Positions 7,067 through 15,239 of a DNA stretch of 64,000 bases are shown here, piece after piece. The translations under genes were made by a program, and so were the position numbers. The notes beneath the pieces are model-generated. The model was not told the origin of the DNA. It saw only the letters and a program-made list of their open reading frames with translations, and ran no database searches. The stretch spans positions 3,188 to 67,187 of IMG/VR virus record IMGVR_UViG_3300030372_003166. One strand, given 5' to 3'. Every line of letters begins with the position of its first letter. The first letter of the stretch is position 1. Origin of the DNA: a virus (Duplodnaviria; Caudoviricetes).

Positions 7067-8356
7067 ATGGAAAATCATGAGATAGAACAAACATTACTGG
7101 GCAAACTTATTGTAGAACCAGAATTATTAGATAAATACAGTCAATTATTACACGAAAACTTGTTTGAGTATGAGTTTAATAAATCTACATATCTTGCAAT
7201 AAAAAGTTTGCGTAGTAAAAACCAAACTATAGACATACTTACTGTTTCTAAATTAATTAAAGGTGATAAGGTTGTATTGCATTTATCAGAAATGACAGAA
7301 AAATCTTATGATTTTATGAATACTTTAACTTGTATAAGCGCTTTGACGGAAGAGTTTCAAAAACGAACTTTATCGGGTATAGTTCATAATGTACATAATC
7401 AATTAAGTAATAGAGACGAGTTAGAGCTTATAGTTGGTAATTTAACTACAGAAATGTCTAAATTACAAATAGGTAAACCTGAACAGCTTGGTGATATAAA
7501 CAAGCAAATATCTAACTTTCTTAAAGATGTAGAAATAAGAATGAATACTGATGGTTTGTTAGGTATTGCATCAGGTTTTCAATCAATAGATAGGTTTACA
7601 GGTGGTTGGCAAGAAACAGACTTAATTATAGTAGGCGGCGCTTCATCTATGGGTAAAACTAGTTTTGCGCTTGCCTTAGCCTATAACGCCGCTTTGCATA
7701 CTAACACCCCTACAGTTATATTTTCTTACGAAATGAGCGCTTTACAATTAATTAGAAGGCTTGCGTCAATGGAATCTGAAATAAATAACAAGTATATTAC
7801 TAATGGAACACTTAATAATCAAGAATTAGAAAAAATACACAAAAGTGTTAATAATATACAAAAAATACCTTTGCATATAGACGAAGGAAATATAACATCA
7901 TTAGGATATTTAGTACATAGAATGAAAGAGTATGTAAAAAACAAAAACGTTAAACTTGTAATGATAGATTATTTGCAACTTGTTAGTTCTAAAAATAAAG
8001 CTGGTAGTCGCGAACAAGAAGTTAGCAAAGTAGCTAGAACATTAAAAAACCTAGCAAAAGAGCTAAATATTACTGTAATAGCACTAAGCCAACTTAATAG
8101 AGGTGTAGGTATGCGTAATAATAGTAAGCCAACACTGTCAGATCTTAGAGAGTCAGGCGAAATAGAACAAGCAGCAGACGTTGTAATGCTTATATATCGT
8201 CCAGAATATTACGGTATAGAATATAATGACGACGGAAAAGAAAGCAAAGGTACAGCCAATATAATATTTGCAAAAGGTAGAAATATAGGCGTAGGTGAAA
8301 TAACCTTAAGCTTTAAAAGTGAAATAACAAAATTTATAGACTATGAAAAAGTTTGA
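7067..8356 (+). CDS. dnaB: DnaB-like replicative helicase
   Basis: Walker A GGASSMGKT, VMIDYLQL, ALSQLNRG, PTLSDLRESGEIEQAAD; ATG at 7067 preferred to TTG 7046, which overlaps the TATATTTG element at 7041-7048. Confidence 0.97.
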   Translation: MENHEIEQTLLGKLIVEPELLDKYSQLLHENLFEYEFNKSTYLAIKSLRSKNQTIDILTVSKLIKGDKVVLHLSEMTEKSYDFMNTLTCISALTEEFQKRTLSGIVHNVHNQLSNRDELELIVGNLTTEMSKLQIGKPEQLGDINKQISNFLKDVEIRMNTDGLLGIASGFQSIDRFTGGWQETDLIIVGGASSMGKTSFALALAYNAALHTNTPTVIFSYEMSALQLIRRLASMESEINNKYITNGTLNNQELEKIHKSVNNIQKIPLHIDEGNITSLGYLVHRMKEYVKNKNVKLVMIDYLQLVSSKNKAGSREQEVSKVARTLKNLAKELNITVIALSQLNRGVGMRNNSKPTLSDLRESGEIEQAADVVMLIYRPEYYGIEYNDDGKESKGTANIIFAKGRNIGVGEITLSFKSEITKFIDYEKV

Positions 8357-8504
8357 AATGATAGGTAAATATCCTCTTGTATTTACAGTCCTTATAGGTG
8401 CTTCAATTTTTACATTAGGACCAATTATATTTGCGCTAGTTATTGCAGGAATTATTGTATTTCCTATATATTTAGCTGTTCAAATGAAAAATGATAAAGA
8501 ATAA
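8343..8504 (+). CDS. small membrane protein (53 aa, below track cutoff)
   Basis: MKKFEMIGKYPLVFTVLIGASIFTLGPIIFALVIAGIIVFPIYLAV...; two hydrophobic segments. Confidence 0.65.
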   Translation: MKKFEMIGKYPLVFTVLIGASIFTLGPIIFALVIAGIIVFPIYLAVQMKNDKE

Positions 8505-8524
8505 AATAGTATATTTGCTCTTGC

Positions 8525-8764
8525 ATGGATAAGAAAAAGCAAGGCAGATCAAAAATCAAATCTATCATTAATGAGATAGCTTATGATTTAGGAATAAACA
8601 AAAAACTTGTCAAACAGGTATTAATTTTAACATTTAAAGAAATTGCTCTTACTTTATTGCTAAAAGGTAGGCCTGTAATGATAAGAAGATTTGTAAAATT
8701 TGTAGTAGCTGCATCAGCTATGCGAAAATTAAAGAAAACAAAACAAAAACAACAATCAGAATGA
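8525..8764 (+). CDS. HU/IHF-like DNA-binding protein
   Basis: IINEIAYDLGINKKLVKQVL...KGRPVMIRRFVKF follows the HU helix-helix-strand pattern. Confidence 0.75.
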   Translation: MDKKKQGRSKIKSIINEIAYDLGINKKLVKQVLILTFKEIALTLLLKGRPVMIRRFVKFVVAASAMRKLKKTKQKQQSE

Positions 8765-9222
8765 ATTTAGACGATTTAAAAAAAGAAATACCATACAAGT
8801 GGCGCGTACAGTCTACCAAGTATGGAAAAACTACCTGTGTAGCGTATATAGACGCTAGAGACTGCATGGACATATTAGATAAAGTCTGTGGTCCAGAAAA
8901 TTGGCAAAGCATGTTTTATGAGGCAAACGGCTTGTTGTTTTGTAAAGTAGGAATATTTGCAAAAGAACAATGGGTTTGGAAATCAGACACAGGATCAGAA
9001 TCTAAAGTAGAAAAAGATAAAGGTCACGTATCAGATGCATTTAAACGTGCATGTGTAGAATGGGGTATAGGTAGATTCTTGTATAGACTACCAATACAAA
9101 CACTGCAAACTAAACAATGGAAGGGCAAGGAATATCCTTATGCGCCAGAAAAAGATAAAATTATATTTGATGGAGATACATTAACTAAGTATATTAACTG
9201 GAAAATTAAAAACAATAAATAA
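8761..9222 (+). CDS. Rad52/Rad22-family (Sak-like) ssDNA-annealing protein
   Basis: AYIDARD..DILDKVCGPENW, WVWKSDTG, KGHVSDAFKRACVEWGIGRFLY. Confidence 0.9.
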   Translation: MNLDDLKKEIPYKWRVQSTKYGKTTCVAYIDARDCMDILDKVCGPENWQSMFYEANGLLFCKVGIFAKEQWVWKSDTGSESKVEKDKGHVSDAFKRACVEWGIGRFLYRLPIQTLQTKQWKGKEYPYAPEKDKIIFDGDTLTKYINWKIKNNK

Positions 9223-9431
9223 TGGAAGAAACAGTAACGCATGAAAGTGCAATCCCAAAAAACAGTATTACAGAAGCTATTTTAAATAGTAAAGAAATAG
9301 ACTATTTAGAAATGGAAAAACTAAAAGAAGAAAATGAAAGATTTAGAAAAAACAATTTAGATCTTAAAATGCAAATTATTGATTTAAGAGAAAAAATGGT
9401 CAATATATTACAAATTATAAACAAAAAATAA
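9222..9431 (+). CDS. small coiled-coil protein
   Basis: 69 aa with heptad-like pattern; coupled overlap. Confidence 0.7.
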   Translation: MEETVTHESAIPKNSITEAILNSKEIDYLEMEKLKEENERFRKNNLDLKMQIIDLREKMVNILQIINKK

Positions 9432-9432
9432 C

Positions 9433-10014
9433 ATGAGTGCATTACCGTTTAATTTAAACACAACAACAACATCAAGGGCTAAAGGTGAAAAAGTAGAATA
9501 CATAACACCTGGCGCTCATAAATGTAAAATTACAGGATTAACAACATCTGAAACCTTAGAGGATTACAAAGGGTCGCCATTTATACAGTACGCTGTAAAG
9601 AGTGAGTCTGGTAAAGTAGGAAGGTGTAGGTTTTGGGTTGTAAAAGAAACAGACAAGCAATCTACAAGAGAATGGAAAACAAAACAAATAAAAGATTTTC
9701 TTATAAATGCAGGGGTAAAAGATTTTAGTGATGATAGCAATGCTATGAATGACGCTATTCACAAAGACCTGATGATTGCTTTTATATCTGAAGAATATAT
9801 AGGTATAAACAAAGAAAACCAAGAGCCTGTAATTAGAACTGCAACTAAATACAGATGGTCCGCAAAAGTTGGGGGCAAGTGTACATATAATAATGACATG
9901 AACCAGACTCTAACTGATGAGCAGATGGCTGAATTTAGCAGCAAACATGCTGAATGGAGCAAAGCTAACAGTGCTATGCAAACTACATCAGAAGATGAAG
10001 ACATGCCGTTCTAA
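9433..10014 (+). CDS. putative phage ssDNA-binding protein
   Basis: Beta-rich N-domain, acidic C-tail EDEDMPF, located next to the Sak gene. Confidence 0.65.
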   Translation: MSALPFNLNTTTTSRAKGEKVEYITPGAHKCKITGLTTSETLEDYKGSPFIQYAVKSESGKVGRCRFWVVKETDKQSTREWKTKQIKDFLINAGVKDFSDDSNAMNDAIHKDLMIAFISEEYIGINKENQEPVIRTATKYRWSAKVGGKCTYNNDMNQTLTDEQMAEFSSKHAEWSKANSAMQTTSEDEDMPF

Positions 10015-10025
10015 AGATATATAAA

Positions 10026-10102
10026 TGAGAGAGATAACAGATCTCTAGGATGGAGCAGTACCTATTGGGAGGTGTCTGAAAATTCCAAGGGTGAAACTCT
10101 CA
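10026..10102 (+). ncRNA. candidate multi-stem structured RNA
   Basis: Outer TGAGA/TCTCA stem enclosing GAGAT/ATCTC, TAGG/CCTA and TTGGGA/TTCCAA hairpins; no tRNA consensus. Confidence 0.35.
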
Positions 10103-10124
10103 AATTTATTATTATCTTTGCAAG

Positions 10125-10490
10125 ATGGACGAAATTTTCATAGCAGGAAATGTTCCATCTAGTAAGAACGGAAAACGATGGACGGGTAAGTATTTAATTC
10201 ATTCTAAAACAGTAATGAATTACATAAAAAAAACAAAAATTGATTGGGTAAACAACAAAGAAAAGTTTATAGAATTAGTTAAGGACAAGGAAATGCCATA
10301 CAAAATAGAATTTACATTTATAAGAAATAGTAGAAGAAAGTTTGATTACATAAACCCTTGCCAAACAGTTCAAGATTTAATGGTTACATATAATTATATA
10401 GAAGATGATAATTGTGATTGTGTAATACCTAGTTTTGGGGAATATAAATATGATAAGAATAATTCAGGTGTAAAAATAAAAATATTGTGA
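10125..10490 (+). CDS. RusA-like Holliday junction resolvase
   Basis: GNVPSSKNG, RRKFDYINPCQTVQDLM, IEDDN; TATCTTTG at 10113-10120. Confidence 0.75.
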   Translation: MDEIFIAGNVPSSKNGKRWTGKYLIHSKTVMNYIKKTKIDWVNNKEKFIELVKDKEMPYKIEFTFIRNSRRKFDYINPCQTVQDLMVTYNYIEDDNCDCVIPSFGEYKYDKNNSGVKIKIL

Positions 10491-10729
10491 CTAGACCTTA
10501 TAAAAAAAATAGAAAAAAACAAAGGAATACTATTAAATTTCCAGATTTAACAGAAGAAAAAAAAGATAATATTGTAGAGCATATACTTGCGAGCGATTTG
10601 CCTATAAATCTAGCAGCAGATGAGTTAAATGTAGGGGTGTCTACTGTAAGTAAAATATTTGCTGAAAGGTTTACAAGAAAAGAAAAAGAAAAAAATTATG
10701 AAGAAAATACACAAACAAAAACAAATTAA
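10487..10729 (+). CDS. small HTH protein
   Basis: LPINLAADELNVGVSTVSKIF helix-turn-helix pattern; GTG start overlapping the previous stop. Confidence 0.6.
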   Translation: MTRPYKKNRKKQRNTIKFPDLTEEKKDNIVEHILASDLPINLAADELNVGVSTVSKIFAERFTRKEKEKNYEENTQTKTN

Positions 10730-11083
10730 ATGGCTTTAAAAAAGAAAAAAGAAAAAGTAAAGATTATGGGAAAAAGCTACAAAGTAGAAGTTCCTATTAG
10801 CGACACATTAAAAGCAATGTCAGAAGCATTAAGGTCTCATGAAGTTGCTTTGTTAACATGGGTGCATAAAGACTACTCTGTTAAAGATATTAGTATGAAA
10901 GAAGACGTTAACGGCTTTAGAAAAAGCCTTAATGAATACTGTTTGCAAATACCAGAAGCAAAAAACATTTTAAAAAGAATGAATGAATTAGATAAACAAT
11001 TAGAAGAAGATATTAAAAACAAAGAAAAGCAAGAAAAAGAAATTCAAAACAAACAAGAGAAAGATACGGGAGCAAAAGATTAA
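10730..11083 (+). CDS. hypothetical protein
   Basis: 117 aa, charged, coiled C-terminus. Confidence 0.75.
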   Translation: MALKKKKEKVKIMGKSYKVEVPISDTLKAMSEALRSHEVALLTWVHKDYSVKDISMKEDVNGFRKSLNEYCLQIPEAKNILKRMNELDKQLEEDIKNKEKQEKEIQNKQEKDTGAKD

Positions 11084-11110
11084 TTTACTACTTTTGTAGA
11101 ACTTTCTTGT

Positions 11111-11135
11111 CCATGTTCACATGGTTTTTGTTTTG
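11111..11135 (+). terminator. terminator-like hairpin
   Basis: CCATG-ttca-CATGG then TTTTTGTTTTG. Confidence 0.55.
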
Positions 11136-11188
11136 ATTGCATTGGGGCCCTACTTCGGTAGGGTCTTAATGTCTTACAAAGTAAAATA

Positions 11189-11998
11189 ATGAAATTAATA
11201 GAAGATCACAACCTTACGCACGACAGCTACTACAACGATACAGAATATGTATCTAACAGTATGCTGAACAATCTTACTGGTAAATCACCAGAATATTTTA
11301 AACACATGCTGGATAATCCACAACCAGCAACACCAGCTATGAAATTTGGATCAGCATTACATATGAATGTGTTGCAACCAGAAGAATTTAAAAAGCATTA
11401 TGTAGTTTCGCCTAAGTTTGACAAAAGAACTAAAAAAGGAAAGGCAGATTATGAAGAATTTGCTAACAGCAACATGTTTAAAACTATAGTGTCTGAACAA
11501 GATTATTATTTAATAGAGCAGATGACAGATAAACTAATGCAAGATAGTGATGCAAAAACTATGTTAACTAACGGGCTTAAAGAACATATTATAGCTTGGG
11601 AAAATGAAGAATACGACGTAAAATGCAGGGGTATGCTTGATGTTTATAATACACAAGCCAATATTATAGTTGATTTAAAAACTACACAAGACAGCTCTTA
11701 TTATGGATTTGCAAGCTCTGTAAAGAAGTTTAAATATTATAAGCAGGCTGCCTTTTATTTAGATGCTGTAAGAGCTCATGAGTTTTATATAGTAGCTATA
11801 GAAAAAAATCCACCATACAGTCTTAACATTGTACAAATAGGTGATGACCTATTAGATAAAGGTAGAGAAATGTATAGTAGAGATTTAGAAATATACAAAT
11901 ATTGTGTAGATAATAACTATTGGCCTAGCCAGGGGTTTGATTATCTAGACAAAAAATCAGAAAGAAGTGTACATATAATGAACGAAAATATATTATGA
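11189..11998 (+). CDS. PD-(D/E)xK exonuclease, RecE/ExoVIII C-terminal (DUF3799)-like
   Basis: VSNSML, AMKFGSALH, KCRGMLD, IVDLKTT, YYKQAAFY. Confidence 0.9.
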   Translation: MKLIEDHNLTHDSYYNDTEYVSNSMLNNLTGKSPEYFKHMLDNPQPATPAMKFGSALHMNVLQPEEFKKHYVVSPKFDKRTKKGKADYEEFANSNMFKTIVSEQDYYLIEQMTDKLMQDSDAKTMLTNGLKEHIIAWENEEYDVKCRGMLDVYNTQANIIVDLKTTQDSSYYGFASSVKKFKYYKQAAFYLDAVRAHEFYIVAIEKNPPYSLNIVQIGDDLLDKGREMYSRDLEIYKYCVDNNYWPSQGFDYLDKKSERSVHIMNENIL

Positions 11999-12387
11999 AA
12001 AATTCAGTAGTATTTGAAGGTGGTATTGACAAGGTCAGCACCTTAGCAGACGGGAGCCTGCGTATCTATGTAGGTACTCCTGAGCTAGCACACGAAACTA
12101 TGGTTAACCTATTTGGGTTAATTAAAAAGCCAGGTTATGTATTAATATCAGCTAATCATATTAATCAAGACCAGATAGACGCTGTAGAAAAAGCAAGCAC
12201 TAATGCAGAGTTTAGCGAAAAAACACCTAGTCAAAGAATGCGTGGTGTATTATATAAACTATGGGAAAAAACACAACCTAAAACGCTAAATGGAGACACA
12301 GGAGAAATGGAGTATGTAGAATTTGATTTATTCTACAAACGACAAATGAATAAAATAATTGATCACTTTAAAACTAAATTAGACTAA
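11995..12387 (+). CDS. conserved phage hypothetical protein
   Basis: 130 aa with KTPSQRMRGVLYKLW motif. Confidence 0.8.
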   Translation: MKNSVVFEGGIDKVSTLADGSLRIYVGTPELAHETMVNLFGLIKKPGYVLISANHINQDQIDAVEKASTNAEFSEKTPSQRMRGVLYKLWEKTQPKTLNGDTGEMEYVEFDLFYKRQMNKIIDHFKTKLD

Positions 12388-12731
12388 TGACAGAACACAA
12401 CGAATACTATTATGATTTAGATAGAAACATGGATTCTACATATCCTATAAAAAAGGTTGAAAACAAAGTAAAATATAAATTTGACTGGCACCTAGAAAAG
12501 GTGTCTAGTCAAGTTATAAAATTATTAAAAGAAAAAAATAGAGCTTATGGAAATACAGCTCTAAATCCAACTAATATTTTTAGCAAGCTAGAATCAACAG
12601 AGGCTATTTGCGCTAGAATAGATGATAAATTAGCAAGAATAAAAAACAAAGGAATAACAGACAAAACAGAAGATTCAATAGACGATTTAATAGGCTATTT
12701 GTTTCTTTTAAAAATGTCATTAAATCAATAA
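12387..12731 (+). CDS. nucleotide-modification-associated domain (DUF1599/Nmad1-like) protein
   Basis: LKEKNRAYGN...RIDDKLARIKN...DSIDDLIGY pattern. Confidence 0.7.
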   Translation: MTEHNEYYYDLDRNMDSTYPIKKVENKVKYKFDWHLEKVSSQVIKLLKEKNRAYGNTALNPTNIFSKLESTEAICARIDDKLARIKNKGITDKTEDSIDDLIGYLFLLKMSLNQ

Positions 12732-12733
12732 TT

Positions 12734-12940
12734 ATGGCAATATATGTAATTGCAGCAATAGTTTTAATATATTTGTTTTTATATACAACATCAGATTTTA
12801 ATCCAAACAAAGAATTAATAGAAAATTTAGAAAAATATGCCCAAAAAAAGGAAGCTGGGGAGCAAAAACCCAAAGTACTGGTCAAAAGAAAAAAGACAAG
12901 GTCCAGAAATAAAAAAGAAAGTATTGATGTGTACTACTAG
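12734..12940 (+). CDS. small N-anchored membrane protein
   Basis: Hydrophobic N-terminus and basic tail; last clear plus-strand gene. Confidence 0.6.
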   Translation: MAIYVIAAIVLIYLFLYTTSDFNPNKELIENLEKYAQKKEAGEQKPKVLVKRKKTRSRNKKESIDVYY

Positions 12941-13079
12941 TAACAATATAAAAGTGTACGGTGTTTGGTACAAGTAAACTGTAAAAGCATGTTAAAATCA
13001 GATCAAATAAGATATTGGAAGCGTTATAAAAACTATTTGTTAAAATGGATAAAACGCATAGACAGACATATAGATAAAC

Positions 13080-14363
13080 TTAAACGGTAACGTTATAGTT
13101 AAGTATACCTTGTAAACCATTTTGTCTGCTATATATAAAAGCTTGTGCTTTCTTTATATTACCAATAAACCCTTTACTATCGTGCCAATAATCAGTTGCT
13201 GACATAGAAGATAAATTTCTTACAGTTATACCATTTAATTCTTCTATAGCTTGCAACTTGGTAGCTTTGTTGGTGTGATAATGACCTCTATGCACTTCTA
13301 CATAAACAGTATCACTCCACAAGTTTTTAAATCTTTGTGCTATAATACCTGGCAAATCATTTGTTTTAGGACCATCACCATGATCTGATATAATAAGGTT
13401 GTTACCATAAGGCAATGCTTTCATTAAACATTCATTATTATCTACTTTAACGTTTTTATTATTTTCATAGTAAAGCTGTAATGTGTCTCCTAGATGCATA
13501 ACAGATTCTCTATCGTGATTACCTGGTATTACCATAACGTGCACATCTGCAACTTCAGACAATATATCAATAGCTTTTATCATTAGTTTGCGTGCATGTC
13601 TATACATGTCTATATGATAATCTGAATTAAATTGAGGAGTACCTCTTGTTGTGGATGGAACTGGCCAATCTTTATCAGAATTTAATAAATCGTGCCCTAC
13701 GATAAAAAGTATCTTATCTATGTAGTACCCCTGGGCTCTATATAATAAGTGATCTATGGCGCCCAAAAGACGTTTTTCAGCTATTTCTAAACTATATTCG
13801 TCGCCTTTTATGCCTATTTTACCTAAATGTAAATCAAATGCTGATATTTCTAATAAATGTAAATCATTTCTATCATCAGGCCTTTCTCTTTTAATTTTAG
13901 AAACCTTTGGCGATATATTGCGTAAGTCTTCTATAAGTTCTTCTTTTATCTTTTTTAAATTTAATTGAGGTCTTATTTTTTTTAGCCAAGCCTTAGTTCT
14001 ATACATAGTTACAGTTACTGGGTTTCTGTCGTTATCAAAACCTGTAACTTCATAAGTTCCTATATCGTACTTATCTACATCCCACATGTCTAAGTCTACT
14101 TCACATGCTGAAAGTAAATCTTCTAATGATTTGACTCTTGTACAATTTTCAGCTGTTAGTACGGCATCATTTTTAGCTTCCTGAAAATTTATAACCTCTT
14201 TTTCTTTAGGCTCTACATCAGGATTTCTTTCTCTTAATCTTCGTGCAACTGTTCTAATTTGCTCGTAATTGGTGCCAAATTTTTTGGCTGTGTCTGCGTA
14301 TTTGCTACGCATTAAGTGAGGATTTTGTAATAAATACTCCCTAATTTGATCGTTTAAAGACAT
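13080..14363 (-). CDS. calcineurin-like metallophosphoesterase with N-terminal HTH-like segment
   Basis: DLHLGK, GHDLLN, PGNHD, HGD and GHYH motifs; ATG at 14363 (MSLND) preferred. Confidence 0.9.
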   Translation of the reverse strand: MSLNDQIREYLLQNPHLMRSKYADTAKKFGTNYEQIRTVARRLRERNPDVEPKEKEVINFQEAKNDAVLTAENCTRVKSLEDLLSACEVDLDMWDVDKYDIGTYEVTGFDNDRNPVTVTMYRTKAWLKKIRPQLNLKKIKEELIEDLRNISPKVSKIKRERPDDRNDLHLLEISAFDLHLGKIGIKGDEYSLEIAEKRLLGAIDHLLYRAQGYYIDKILFIVGHDLLNSDKDWPVPSTTRGTPQFNSDYHIDMYRHARKLMIKAIDILSEVADVHVMVIPGNHDRESVMHLGDTLQLYYENNKNVKVDNNECLMKALPYGNNLIISDHGDGPKTNDLPGIIAQRFKNLWSDTVYVEVHRGHYHTNKATKLQAIEELNGITVRNLSSMSATDYWHDSKGFIGNIKKAQAFIYSRQNGLQGILNYNVTV

Positions 14364-14373
14364 TGTTATTTTT

Positions 14374-14625
14374 TTAATTATCATCAACACCATAGCCGTG
14401 TTGACTTATTAGTGTTAAATTTACGGGAACAAGCTTTTTCTTTGAACGACTCCCAATTAATTTATTAACTGCTTTATTAACAATGCTTTTGCTAGTAAAT
14501 ATAGCGCCTTTATTATATCCTTTTACTATATAGTTGTCCAATACATATTCTTTATTTTTTTGGTCTTTAAATGTCCATTTAGACAGCCAAATAGGCACAC
14601 AAAATGTATCTGTTCTACTACTCAT
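14374..14625 (-). CDS. hypothetical basic protein
   Basis: 83-aa ORF in the packed minus-strand run. Confidence 0.7.
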   Translation of the reverse strand: MSSRTDTFCVPIWLSKWTFKDQKNKEYVLDNYIVKGYNKGAIFTSKSIVNKAVNKLIGSRSKKKLVPVNLTLISQHGYGVDDN

Positions 14626-15223
14626 TAGTAATACTATGTGTAACGTGTATATTATCTCCTGATGAAGCTATGTATAAAGTAATATCTTTATTCACCTTAT
14701 TAAATAAAGAGTTTACAACGTGTGATAAGTCAACGGCTACCATAGCTGGTATGTTACCTGCAAATAAACAGGTAGATGAGCCTCCAGCAGTAGCCGTTAT
14801 AACTCCAGAAGTAACAGTAAAAGAAATATTGTCTTGACTACCAGAACTCCAATGTATACTAACACTTCTAGGTTGAGTGCTAGACGTGTTTTGTATTAAT
14901 ATGTTATTTAGCGTAGAACCCTGACTTAAAAAACATAAATTTTGCGCTGTATTTGCGGTTGAAACAATAACGCTATTTACACCGCTAGTGCTTTGTACAG
15001 GGCTTGCGCCTGTAACAGAAGGTGTTGTTGCAACAGTTCTTTGTGAAACCTCGTTTCTGTTTGCAGAATCTGCTCTATATGTGTTTTTTTCTACTTCTCT
15101 TTTTTGTTGCTCACTTAAACCTACAGGGGCCTGTTCTATAACAGCTCTATTGTCTTTTCTAGTAACATATTTTGGTCTAGTTTGTGGTGCTTTTGCTCCG
15201 TATTTATCTTTTATTAAAGGCAT
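14618..15223 (-). CDS. putative virion protein
   Basis: 201 aa; disordered N-half and Ser/Thr/Val-rich beta C-domain. Confidence 0.65.
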   Translation of the reverse strand: MPLIKDKYGAKAPQTRPKYVTRKDNRAVIEQAPVGLSEQQKREVEKNTYRADSANRNEVSQRTVATTPSVTGASPVQSTSGVNSVIVSTANTAQNLCFLSQGSTLNNILIQNTSSTQPRSVSIHWSSGSQDNISFTVTSGVITATAGGSSTCLFAGNIPAMVAVDLSHVVNSLFNKVNKDITLYIASSGDNIHVTHSITNE

Positions 15224-15239
15224 AATTTTTTATTTAAAG

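Noticed and set aside
10026-10102. Canonical hammerhead ribozyme or SAM-I riboswitch
   Set aside because: The core reads CTGAAAA rather than CUGANGA, the U of the UH cleavage site is missing, and SAM-I signature segments are absent; kept only as an unclassified structure.
12989-13090. 33-aa basic plus-strand ORF at the convergence point
   Set aside because: Short, overlaps the end of the phosphoesterase gene, and has no independent support.
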